Of a DNA stretch of 64,000 bases, positions 51,903 through 64,000 are shown piece by piece. The notes beneath the pieces were generated by a model. That model ran no database searches and had not been told where the DNA came from. It worked only from the letters and a program-made list of their open reading frames with translations. The translations under genes were made by a program, and so were the position numbers. Positions within the stretch are counted from its first letter, which is position 1. Each line of letters begins with the position of its first letter. The DNA is from Takakia lepidozioides (Eukaryota > Plantae > Bryophyta). The stretch is taken from assembly GCA_030704615.1 (NCBI GenBank), contig CM060732.1, positions 52,142,001 to 52,206,000 of the forward strand. Direction: 5' to 3'.

Positions 51903-54900
51903 TTACTCACAAGCAAAGCCGGAGTCTAGCTCCTTGTCAGAAGTCTCCCCTGTATCAATATCACCGGGAAGGGGCTTCGGAAGGACTTGAGAAGTGTGTC
52001 CACCCAAACCCATCAGGAGGTTCTTGTAAATCTCAGCATCCCCTTCAATCCCAAAGAGATGTCGCACACTGGCCTTGCAAGCGTGGTACGAAACACCTGC
52101 AGTGGAATAGAATGAAGGAAACAGACATTGAAGACACATTTGGAATGGTGGGAAGTGCTGAAAGTGCAAGCTCAAACAAACCTCATCAAATGTGAATGTT
52201 GAAGAGACGAACTTGTGCCCATTGACAAATCCAGAACTCTGGCGTCTGTGTAGGTGCAGCACTCCACAATCGATTGAATGAAAGCCGGGCTCCTCTCCCT
52301 GGCCCCTCTCCAAGGAACCCCATTCCCCCTTTGCAAGCACACATTGCTGTCCACGTAGTTGTGGTGCATGTCATCCGTGGGAGGATCTGTCCTCTCGTCT
52401 ATGAACTTGCTCCCATGAGTGATGGCGAACTCCCTAATGACGGCTGGAGTCGTAGGTGGATGCACTCGGACGAGACAAATAGCTTCAAACAAACGAGTCT
52501 GCGAACATGACAACCACAAAGAACTAAGAAGCTTGAAAACCAGGCCCCTACATATTCATTTGAGCGACTTATGCAACTCCATCCGAGAACCACCAAGAAG
52601 AGGAATAAGAAAACAGATTTACCATCTCTCCCGGACGATCCCCCTTCGTCAGGTACATGCTGTTCACACAATTCCATGTCTTTACGACCCTCATACCGGA
52701 GGCTTTCAAATAGCTGGCAAGTGCACGACGACAGCAAAGGTCGATGGACTGGATGAGTACCAAAACACCTGCATCTGACAGAAAGAAATTGCAAAAGGAG
52801 AAAACCCACCGCCAGTAACGCTCATCAAAAGCATTCCAACCTGGACAAGCACCCGATGGAGGGACATCCGGGACTGGCAACCCATCAGGGATGTCCAAGA
52901 TGATGAGTTCGGCTGCATATGGCTTCTCCTTCCCGTTCACCCAGGATTTGGTCATTTTAGCCTGCAAACAAGCATGCAATGGAATGCTCAAGAGGATTGA
53001 AACGATCCATGCCCATAACAGACAAGAAGCAAAAGACAACACGCACCGTGCCGAGGAACTCCACAATCCTCTCCCACACTGGTGATGGCTCGCCCTTGTA
53101 ATCAGATTTCTTGGACTCCATCATGGCGAGGAACCCGACGTTGGCCATCTCCAACCTGGTAGGGCGAATGACCCTCGTGGGATGCTCCACTTCATGGTAC
53201 GGGTCCTTGGGATCAACCACCCCCTTGTTCTTTCTCTTGGATCCCCTACCATGCGGTGGAGTCTGCAGGACATCCACCACAGGGCCAGTATCTGCAACAC
53301 TTCCCTGCCTACCTACCTGCCCTTGTGCCCCCTTCCCCCTACCCCTTCCTTTCCCCACACCACCAGCAATAACCTTTCCCTTTGCCTTTCTACCTCTACC
53401 CGGGGTATCCTGAGCGGGAGGCTCCTTCTCTGCACGAGTCCTCAAATTTCTATCATGAATGTCGAGGTCGGCTGCTGTGGCGGTGGCTGCTATATGCTCA
53501 TTCTCTCTCCTCAAAGACACCTCCTGAACAGAAGTAGGGCAATCCAAATACCAACCACAAGCAGAAAGATGGTCTGGGCCCCAGTCATGCAAGATCCCCG
53601 TAGTAAACATGGTCTGGTTGCCAGCAGGGACAAGCCAAAGGTCCACGAAATCAGGATGTTTGTCCAAGCAGTTCTCTGCCATGAGAACATACTTTATGTA
53701 CCTGCAGGAACAAAGACAGCCTCATTATGCAATGCAATTATTGTCTCCCAGCTTTTCCACCACATCACGAAGACCCCATAAAAGAGTATGCGGCACAGTA
53801 CACTGCAACCACCGCACACAAAATAGCCTGAAGGGCCCAGGGTGTGCACATTGGTGTTACTACACATGGATAGAACAAATGAGTGTGCGCCACCGCAAAC
53901 TCATATGAGCCAGCCCAAAACAGGTTGGATGGAGGAGAATGTGTCTTTGCAAAACAAACAAGCACAGTCCATTTCGCACCTCTAAAGGCATCATTTCCAG
54001 GCTTCCTCTCCTTTCTCTTGCTGGTCAAGCTCATTTGTTCGACTGATGCCACCCTCCTTGCTGAACTCTCTGAAGAAACAAGATTGCCACATTGTGGTTC
54101 TCCATTTCCTCATGTATGCTTGGAAGGAGACCTTCGGTGCTGTCATGGTGATCCCATAGTCAGCCAGCTGCGTATGTAGAACCGACCGGGCCCTTTCCTC
54201 CAACTGCAAAATAATTCAAATGCAAGAATGAACCCAAAAACAATCACAGCCAATGTAACATGGAAAGAGAATGACAGAAAAAGCGAAAAGAAAGTGACAC
54301 AACAAAGGACATCATATCTGGCTCCAGTAAGTGGCCTTGTGAAGCCATGTGTCCAGCACATTGTCACTGACAGGAATGACACGCTGGGTCTTCTTCTCTT
54401 TCTCCGGCCTGGGGAACATGTGGGTATCCCTAACAGTGGGATCGGAGTTCCATATCTGTAGCCACTTCACCTTCTATTCTGAAGACACAACGGCGGTAGA
54501 CAACCTGTGTAACTTCTCCTGGGCCATCTCCGGCTTGCCTGGCTTGTTGTAATGGTTTTTCACCTCTTCAAGAAACTGCGGTCCGAATGATGGGTCGGCA
54601 ATTCTCAACTGCTTAACAAAAGCACTCATAATAGTCATTCTTGTGGCGGTCATCTCTTTCTGGATGTGACTCTCAACCCCCTTTGTTGTCCTTCTCTCCT
54701 CAGAGGTAGAGCTGTAGTATTCCAGTTTGCCACGCTCTCCTACATCTGCAATGTCTTGCTGCAAGGGAATGCACGAGAGTTGCATCAACCCAAGGGCAAG
54801 GGAAACAAACAGAAACAAACATGTGGAAGCAAGAATATCGAAAGGCCAGATGATGGAAGATGTATCTCACTGCGTACATATACTCCATGAAAGCCTCACG

Positions 54901-57900
54901 GGTCAACGAGTACCACGTTTCTGATGTCTTCGAGCTTTCGCACTTCTTGTACGTCTCTGCTGAAAGGATGGTCTTGAAGTTGGTCAAGGGCATCTACCCG
55001 ATCCTTTGTATCCTGTACATTTGTGAACCAGACTCGTTTTGACATGAGATGTCTCCGTCCCTCTGCAGAATGATGTGTGAAAGTCAGAATGAAATTCAAG
55101 AACCGTCAACAGAGGACTGGAACAAAAGAACCACGGAACCACAACTGGAACATGTAGAATGAGAAACCAACATGTTCACATCATTCATTGTCGTCAAAAG
55201 ACCCATCATATTCCTGTCACAATCCAGCACCATCGATCAAACAGAGTAATGCCACTCTTCCTCCTGTGAGTGCAGCCTCCCAATGACAGCCATCCATGCA
55301 AGCAACCGGTGGTTGCCATCCCATACGTGAAACATCTTCCCTGAGATTGCCTGGGTCGAAGGTTTCTTGGAGAGAAGAAGAATGATTCATTCACCTGTCT
55401 CCAAATGGGATCCCAGGAGTCCACGATTGACTCATCCACAAGGAGCTCATTGCCTCTTGAATCCCTAGTAGAAACGTAAAAGACTGCGGATCCATCCAAA
55501 TACCCATGAACAAACTCGGCCTCCAGCTTCAGGATGTTCTTGATGAGGGGTGGACGAACGACAGGCATGGAAACCAACCTTCACAGGGGAATCTTTAACC
55601 TCCCACCCGGGGCAAGCATATTTTGCACCACAAGCTGAGAGTTTACCTTCTGACCCCCTAGCATCTCAGCGCCTTTGCTTTCATAGAATTCATCGTCCAT
55701 ATCAACAATGACCTCCTTCCCCTGCCCCGAAGGGTTCTAATCCACCACCCTTTGCATCTTCTCCTGCAGGGTTGTTCATTCAAATTGATATAAGAGAGAG
55801 GCAAGAAACAATGGTGTTTTGAGCATGACAGACAGGCCCTGTGTGGCCCAATCTCTCATCAGAAAACAAGCAGAGTGGGGGCCAAAAATAGTGTACGTTG
55901 CCGCACACTGTTTCAGCTTCCAAATAGGGGTGTTTTGAACATGACATTTGGCCCTATGTGGCACATTACCACATAAAAAAAAAAGGCAGAGAAGGGGCCA
56001 AGAAGGGGGCACAAACAGTGTGCGTTGCCGCACACTCTTCGTGCTTCCAATTATGGGTGTATTGAGCATGCATACTGGCCTTGTTTGGCCCAATTTCACA
56101 TCAAAAAACAAGCACAGAGGGGGGCTCAAAACAGTGTGCGTTGCCGCACACTGTTTGAGCTTCGAATAAGGGTTGGATTCAACCTACCAGAGCGGCCCTA
56201 AGGGCCTGATTTTCATATCAAAAAACAAGCAAAGAGGGGGCTCAAAATAGTGTGCGTTGCCACACACTGTTTGAGATTCCAATAAGGGTTGGATTCAATC
56301 TGCCAGAATGGCCCTCACAAGCCCGAATTTCACATCAAAAAATCAAGCAAATAAGGGGGCTCAAACAGTGTGCGTTGCCGCACACTGTTTGAGCTTCCAA
56401 TAAGGGGTGAATTGAACATGGCATAGTGGCACTAAGTGGCCAATTTTCAAATCAAAAAACAGATAGTGAAGGGGGCACAAACAGTGTGCGTTGCTGCACA
56501 CTCTTTGAGCTTCCAATTCGGGGTGGATTCAACCTACCAGAGTGGCCCTAAGGGCCCAATTTTCACATCAAAAAACAAGAAGAGAGGGGGCTCAAAATAG
56601 TGTGCGTTGCCGCACACTGTTTGAGATTCCAATAAGGGTTGGATTCAACCTGCTAGAGTGGCCCTCACAAGCCCGAATTTCACATCAAAAAATCAAGCAA
56701 ATAAGGGGGCTCAAACAGTGTGCGTTGCCGCACACTGTTTGAGCTTCCAATAAGGGGTGAATTGAACATGGCATAGTGGCACTAAGTGGCCGATTTTCAA
56801 ATAAAAAAACAGGCAGTGAAGGGGGCACAAACAGTGTGCGTTGCCGCACACTATCTGAGCTTCCAATTCGGGGTGGATTCAACCTACCAGAGTGGCCCTA
56901 AAGGCCCGATTTTCACATCAAAAAACAAGCAGAGAGGGGGCTCAAAACAGTGTGCGTTGCCGCACACTGTTTGAGCTTCCAATAAGGGTTGGTGCAACCT
57001 ACCAGATTGGCCCTAGGTGCCCGAATTTCACATCAAAAATCAAGCAAATAAGGGGCCTCAAACAGTGTACGTTGCCGTACACTGTTTGAGCTTCCAATAA
57101 GGGGTAATATGAACATGGCATAGTGGCACTGAGTGGCCGATTTTCAAATAAAAAAATAGGCAGTGAAGGGGGCACAAACAGTGTGCGTTGCCGCACACTG
57201 TTTGAGCTTCCAATTCGGTGTGGATTCAACCTACCAGAGTGGCCTTAAAGGCCCGATTTTCACATCAAAAAACAAGCAGAGAGGGGGCTCAAAATAGTGT
57301 GTGTTGCCGCACACTGTTTGAGCTTCCAATATGGGTTGGATTCAACCTGCCAGAGTGGCCCTCACAAGCCCGAATTTCACATCAAAAAATCAAGCAAATA
57401 AGGGGGCTCAAATAGTGTGCGTTGCCGCACACTGTTTGAGCTTCCAATAAGGGGTAGATTCAACCTTCCAGAGTGGCCCTGTTTGGCCCAATTTCAAGCA
57501 GAGAGGGGGCTCAAAACAGTGTGCATTGCCGCACACTGTTTGAGCTTCCAATATGGGTTGGATTCAACCTGCCAGAGTGGCCCTAGGTGTCCGATTTTCA
57601 CACGAAAAACAAGCAAAGAATGGGGCTCAAACAGTGTGCATTCTCGCACACTGTTTGAGCTTCCAATTCGGGGTGGATTCAACCTGCCAGAGTGGCCCTA
57701 TGTGCCTGATTTTCACATCAAAAAACAAGCAAAAAAGGGGGCTCAAAAAGTGTGCGTTGCCGCACACTATTTGATCTTCCAATAATGGGTGGATTCAACC
57801 TGCCAGAGTGGCCCTAAGTGGCCTATTTTCACAACAAAAAACAATCACAGAGGGGAGCTCAACCAGTGTGCGTTGCCGCACACTGTTTGAGCTTCCAATT

Positions 57901-59793
57901 TGGGGTGGATTCAACCTGCCAAAGTGGCCCTATGTGCCCAATTTGCACATCAAAAAACAAGCAAAAAAGGGGGCTCAAACAATGTGCGTTGCCGCACACT
58001 GTTTGAGCTTCCAATAGTGGGTGGATTCATCCAACCAGAGAGGCCCTATGTGGCCTATTTTCACAACAAAAAACAATCACAAAGGGGGGCTCAAACATTG
58101 TGCGTTGCTGCACACTGTTTGAGCTTCCAATTCGGGGTGGATTCAACCTGCCAGAGTGGCCCAATTTCACATAAAAAAACAAGCAGAGAGGGGGCTCAAA
58201 ATAGTGTACGTTGCCGCACACTGTTTGAGCTTCCAACTCGGGGTGGATTCAACCTGCCAGTGTGGCAGTATGTGGCCAATTTTCACAACAAAAAATAATC
58301 ACAAAGGGGGCCTCAAACACGTGTGCGTTGCCACACTTTGTTTGAGCTTCCAACTTGGGGTGGATTCAACCTGCCAGTGTGGCCCTATGTGGCCAATTTT
58401 CACAACAAAAAACAATCACAAAGGGGGGCTCAATCAGTGTGCGTTGCCGCACACTGTTTGAGCTTTGGATTCAACCTGCCAGAGTGGCCCTATGTGGCCT
58501 ATTTGTACAACAAAAAACAATCACAAAGGGGGGCTCAAATAGTGTGCGTTGCCGCACACTATTTGAGCTTCCAATTCGGGGTGGATGCAACTTGCCAAAG
58601 TGGCCCTATGTGCCCGAATTTCAAATTAAAAAACAAACAAAAAAGGGGGCTCAAACAGTCTGCGATGCCGCACACTGTTTGAGCTTCCAATAATGGGTGG
58701 ATTCAACCTCACAGGGATGCCCTATGTGGCCGATTTTAACATGAAACAAACAATGAGAAGGGGGGCTCAAACAGTGTGCGTTGACGCACACTGCTTGAGC
58801 TTCGACATAGGGGTGGATTGAACCAGACAGAGAGGCCCTGTGTGCATGATTTTCACACCACAAAACTAGGAAAAAGGGGGGCTCAGTCAGTGTGCGTTGA
58901 CGCACACTGTTTGAGCTGCCAGGTAAGTGTGGTTTGAACCTGACAGAGATGCCCTATGTGGCCGATTTTAACATGAAATAAACAATGAGAAGGGGCGCTC
59001 AAACAGTGTGCGTCAACGCACACTGTTTGAGCTTCCAAAAAGTGGTGGATTCAACCAGACAGACAGGCTCGTTTGTGGCCGATTTTCGTATCCAAAAACA
59101 AGCAGAAAGTTGGGGCTCAAGCAGTGTGCGTTGCCACACACTATTTGAGCTTCTAAATACGGGTGGATTGAACCAGACAGAGATGCCGTATGTAGGCGAT
59201 TTTCATATCAAAAGATAAGCACAAATGGGGTCTCAAATTATGTGCGTTGCCGCACACTGTTTGAGATTCCAATCAGTGGCGGATTGAACTAGACAAACAG
59301 GCCCAAATTGGCCGATTTTCACATCAAAAATGAAAAACAAAGACTGGGTCTCAAACAGTGTGCATTGCCGCACTCTGTTTGAGTTTCCAAATAGGTGTGG
59401 ACATCACTTGTACCTTTTCTTTTTGCTGCTCCAGAAGACTCCCCAATCGCCGGAGACCCTTTGTGCTTCGGACTGTTCTGTACGCCAACCATGTTCTGGA
59501 GCATCTCCCCCATCCTCTTTTCCACTATCTGCTTCTTCGTGAGGCCAGCATCAACATCATCTTCGGCGTCCGACTCTCCCTCGGATGCAGTCTCCTCCTC
59601 ACCTGTTCTCGGAAGTATGGCGGGCTGCTGTTCTTCTCCAGAATCCGGCTCTTCCATCGCCAAACTTTCCTCTTTGCCCTCTTCTTCCTCCTTTTCCTCT
59701 TCGTCTACTCCATTCTATGTCTGGCCCTATTCCTGTCCCTAGGTGCTTGTAAAGTATAACGACTTCCTTCTCTTCCTCCTCCGGTGGAAACAA
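51903..59793 (-). pseudogene. Multi-exon ParB/Srx-like domain + beta-class N4-cytosine/N6-adenine DNA methyltransferase-like fusion gene (degenerate); acidic 5' exon ~59793-59414, body ~55764-51903
   Basis: MFHVWDGNHRLLAW (55306-55320 DGNHR); AELIILDIPDG (52881-52895, DPPY-like motif IV); RSPAFIQSIVECCT...RVLDLSMGT (52214-52237, motif I), spliced to VSYHACKASVRHLFGIEGD; short GT-AG introns (e.g. 52097-52212, ~52503-52622, ~52963-53045); several stops and frameshifts. Membership of the 5' exon is inferred. Confidence 0.65.
55880..59395. repeat. Tandem array, ~31 units of ~116 bp, each with palindrome AAACAGTGTGCG-TTGC-CGCACACTGTTT; trimeric ~350-bp higher-order repeat in 56130-57400
   Basis: Cores at ~55890, 56018, 56134, 56250, 56367, 56484 ... 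59241, 59358; unit types recur every ~350 bp (56134/56484/56834/57181). Confidence 0.92.
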
Positions 59794-60749
59794 GGGCTCC
59801 CCACGCTGCCTCTAGAGCTCTCCAGTTTGACGTTTGCAACAAGGGTTGCTTTGGCGTGTATCCAAAATAAAAATTGGACATTGTTAACGGTATTTGGATG
59901 CGGGTGTCATCATTGTGTGCGAACGGAATTCATCCATTTCTGCGTCTTTGAATTATCCAAGAAAAAAAGTGCTGGCACTTCCAATGCCGTTGCATGTACT
60001 TGTGATATATGTCAGATGTACTTCGCCGGCTGCCAATACATGCCAGCCTTCTTGCATTCTTTCAAATTCGGAAGTGCCGTAAAAATCTATTGCTAGTTCA
60101 ATTTCGAGCAGTACTTGCAGATTCGCAATAAATGTGATGCTTCACATATGCATCCACGTATGTTGTACTGCCTACCCTGCGGTTTGCATTTCGCCGTCAC
60201 CGTCGCAATGGGGTCATTCGGTATAAAGGTTTGTGTCGGCAATTGTGATATGTTGCACACATTCGTGCGAGGTGTACCCCGGAGTGTCAATGTTTGTGTT
60301 GTGCTCTTCTGGCACAGCACAACCTCATTAGATTCGGGGTTTCCTGTTTACTGGTCTCCAGGGTCGTTGCCGTCTTTCCATAATGGATGGTTTCATGTCA
60401 TGTTCAGGGTTTGCTTTTGATCCAAATACAACACGGCTTCTTGTGGCTTCTTGTATTTTGAAAACAGTTTTTCTGGTTGGTGTCTCTCAGTGTGGCTGAC
60501 TGTGAAGTTCGGTGCAGACTTTCGCCGTGCATGTCATTCTTACATCCGTTGCATGCATCGCCCGCAGTCTTTGGGTCAGTGCTACCCTTATTCACCTCAG
60601 TTTGTTTGGAGTCGATCCCCTTTCGAGAATTACGGGCTATCAGTTCGGGGGATCCTTTGTGGATCGCAACTTTGGGTCAGTGTAGGAAAACATGTCCAGG
60701 GAGGGAGATAGACTCGCTCGATTTCATTCCAATGCAGGTAGTCTTCCAC

Positions 60750-63446
60750 TAACTGCCACTGCAGATGAGGATGGGTTTGCAGTTGTTCATGAGGATGAGC
60801 TCGTTACAGTGTTCCTCTGGAATTGGGTTGATCTCTGCTTGTTCAAAAAAAGGTGTATGACGAGGATGGGAATTTGGATTCTGGGCACTTGGAGAGACCA
60901 TTGGTTGGCAAGTGTGGAAGGAAGTGGAGAGTCCTTCCAGGCACATACCGTGTCCTTGGAAAAGAGAGAAGACAATCAGCAGGATCAGTAGTTACCCCTG
61001 GCACTGCAGCATCGGTCGTGCAGCAGAAGAACACAGTTCATGTGAAACAAGAGTTGAGCACATCCACTACATTCGTGACTCTTTCAGACTCGTACTCGGA
61101 GGATGTTTCTGAGATTTCTCCGCCAGTGCAGACTCCATTCTTAGATGATGATGAATTACAGGAGATAACGAGTGTCATTCCGAAATTGAAAGCCTTCGCA
61201 GGGGTGCTTGGGTGCAAGAGCGAGCTGCGTTTTGTTGATTGGGAGTCCCTTCGGGTGCAGCGGGTTCAATATGTGCCAGTAGAGTTTGATGGGGACATCT
61301 TGTTTGAGCTCAACCCTCCCACGTCTTCCAGTGGACTAGCTGGGCTTTTGCAGGGCATGGACAAGAAACATGACGGACACCCTTGGTGCAGGACAAAAAC
61401 ATCAAACATCCACAACGACATTGGATTGAAATTTCGAAGGTCGGTTTGCGTTGGGCATTGCAAGTGCGTGAATATTTCTTGCCCTCGCCTGAGAAACAGC
61501 GCTAAACCAAACCAAAGTGAGTGGGAAGGTATGCCCCTGAATCCTTTCACCCCAGGGCTTGCCCCTCCCAAGACCAATACTTTTGTGTGCAAGTTCTGCA
61601 AACTTTCCCCGTCCTGTGTTTCTGTGTGCCACACTTGTATGTACCAGGTGGCACACCGATGCAAGACAATGACTCGTGCCTGCATTCATATGGGTACACA
61701 CGAGCATCCTGTGTCAAAAGGACGTTGCAGGGATAGCGTGGACATCGCTAGAAATCTGCTGAAGCAGCAGTTCCACAATGCCCCTTTTGCAACATCTTCT
61801 GCTATAGTGCTTGCAGCTAGCAAGGCATTCCTGGAAAAACACATACTGGGTGAAGGGGATGCGACACAACCAATGCAGTGATGGACCATTTTTCCATGTT
61901 GAGCTCTCCCAATATTTGAAACCAGGTGAATGCACTCAGAATGGGCACAACCAGTGCTGGATTCATGGACAACATTGTGGATCTCAAGCGGAGGAGCCGC
62001 TATGAATTCATTCAAAACAGTATCTTCCCTGGCCAGGACTCGTCCAAGGTGTATTTGTTCAAGATGTCCACAATGGGCGAAGGCAGTGATGTGAGCATAG
62101 TCCGCCGAATGCAACCTGGAGGAGATTTGGCTAAATGTTGGTTAATGTTTGATCACTGCAAACGGGTGAAGGGTTGGACAACCATGGCGTGCCATGTGTA
62201 CGATCTAGCGTACCAGCGTGTGCTCTCCATAGCAATTTGTGATATGCAGTCCGAGGACACTGAATCCCAGATGCTCATGTGGAATTCGCTCCTAGCCGTC
62301 ATGCAGCGCAATGGAATGCAGAACACAAATTTTGTGGGCTTCATGGCTGATAGTGCATAGGCAAATTTCAATGCAGTGCGGCACGTGTTTGGATTAGGGG
62401 ATCCTAAGGTCCTAATGGAAAATAGGGAGTGCACATGCCTCTTCCATTGGGGTCAATCTCTGGCACGTCATACAAAGTGATGCATTCACCCTGACCCCCA
62501 GTTGGAGCACAGAAGGCTCTGCCTCAAGTACAAAAATGCCACCTCAATGGGAGAAGCTGAGAGCACTTACAAAGCAATCCGGGCTTGGTGATTCTCCTCT
62601 GGTGCTGCTACTGGTATCCACCTGAAGGAGTTGGAGGACTGGTTGGTTTTCTGGCACTTAAGGTACAAACAGTGGGGAGCTTTCATGACGACGGTAAACC
62701 TCTTCAATCCTAGAAACATAAATTTCACTTTGCATCGTGCCTGTTCGTTTGGGGTTGTTGGGGAACCTTTTTCATTTCCTTTCGTTCCTCACATTTGCAT
62801 GCAATGCCTCCTGCATGACATGTCCTTGGAGGACTTGGCCGACATGCCATCCTGTAATTTGGCGGAGACTGTTCACAACGCGTGGATGTAGCAGTCTACC
62901 AAAGCAGGACGTGACTTGTATGTGGCCACTGTTGATGACATGGTGCGGGCACTTACACAACAAACCAGATACCGCAATTTTCTGATGGGACGGGGCGGAG
63001 GCAAGGGCCCTGATACAACTTTGTTGATGCTAAGGGCTGCGAGTAGGTCCGGAGACCCATCGAAGATAGCTAGAGCTCTGAACAGGTGCACTGAAGGCTC
63101 CCCTTTGCAATCCAGGGTCCCCCATTTGGAAGGCGAGGAAAGATTTGGATCATGCAAAAGGAAATTGAACACTCCTCCAGGGTCGGATGGAGATTCCCAT
63201 CGGCCGAACAGGGTCAATTTCTCTGTACCAAAGGTGTCTTCGGTGCAGACTAAGTCGTGTGCCCGCCCCTTCCCAAGTGGGTCCTCTTCCAGTGGAGCAG
63301 GTGCAGATCATGCAAGCACATCAGCAGGAATCCCATTGGAGGAGGTGGTGTCCTTGGTGCATGAATCTGATTGCATTGACAGTGAGTGGCATATAGAACG
63401 CACCCCACCAAGATCTAGAGTGGCTTGCAACGACGCAATGGCGTGA
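60750..63446 (+). mobile_element. Mutator-like (MULE) DDE transposase with N-terminal GCM-like Zn domain, degenerate and 3'-truncated
   Basis: DGHPWCRTKTSN...RRSVCVGHCKCVNISC...CKFC...C...IHMGTHEHP (GCM-like); WLMFDH (D ~62151), GFMADSA*ANFNAVR (D ~62349), CLFHW (CxxH ~62436), CNLAETVH (E ~62865); probable intron from 62694. Confidence 0.75.
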
Positions 63447-64000
63447 GCCTTGCGCGTGAGTGCGCGAGCGTACGCTCACGCAGGAGTGACGTGGCGTGAG
63501 CGTGATATAAGCAGGCTGATGTGGCACTGCGCCGTCATCTGCCACATCAGCATGAACATGCGCCGCCTATAACCGAGGATGGTCCTATGACCGTGGGAAT
63601 AATGAAGGGAATCCTTGGCTGAATACAATCAAGACTACCATGAGGCCTACAATTGCAGCATCAACATTGTGCAATTATAAATGTTTGTTTCACTTTTATA
63701 ATTACAAGGGTTTGAAAATATCCTCACAAAGTGTGCGCCATAGAGGCTGCAACGGGAAGACCTTGCTCCCTCCCCAAATAACAATGAGAGTTAGGATCAT
63801 CTTCAAAAGATGGTTGCAATGCATAGCGACAGGAAGACATGTAGACTTCGAACGGTGCAACGATGAATGTGCTTTTAAAAGTTGCCACTCAGAGCTCACT
63901 CAGTATAGTTGGAAGGATAATGGAGGGATAAGGGACGCCATATCATTGCACCGCCGATGATGTTGCAAACGAATTGATTTGAATTGAATTTCCATGACAA

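Noticed and set aside
55776-59218. Many short Cys-rich ORFs (SVRCRTLFELP, VCVAAHCLSFQ)
   Set aside because: These are translations of the DNA repeat in all frames; the ~116-bp unit is not a multiple of 3.
55880-59395. CRISPR array (palindromic ~28-bp repeats at regular spacing)
   Set aside because: The intervening sequences are homologous to each other and ~88 bp long, there are no cas genes, and the context is eukaryotic.

Overview
Eukaryotic land-plant DNA (GT-AG introns, TTTAGGG-type telomeric motifs; a bryophyte or other non-seed plant is inferred, not proven). The first ~13 kb is gene space: two divergent MDR/quinone-oxidoreductase paralogs, a 3-exon 3-ketodihydrosphingosine reductase (TSC10/KDSR) and a small membrane-protein ORF. 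The remaining ~50 kb is a nested field of mostly decayed mobile DNA. It includes a scrambled Ty1/copia, a Sola/DUF7869-like transposase remnant, a quasi-symmetric ~10 kb unit (palindrome array > kinase pseudogene > central foldback < RING-H2 pseudogene < palindrome array) and the 3' part of a gypsy-like element with PPT and LTR. It also holds a cluster of endonuclease-less Penelope-like retroelements with four hammerhead-ribozyme motifs and C-strand telomeric repeats, plus a triplicated non-autonomous CACTA. The most striking unit is a GCM-like/Mutator-type DDE transposase divergently paired with an intron-containing gene that fuses a ParB/Srx-like domain to a beta-class N4C/N6A DNA-methyltransferase-like domain. 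That gene's probable first intron holds ~31 copies of a ~116-bp repeat with a 28-bp palindromic core. All calls come from motif reading by eye; no searches were run.
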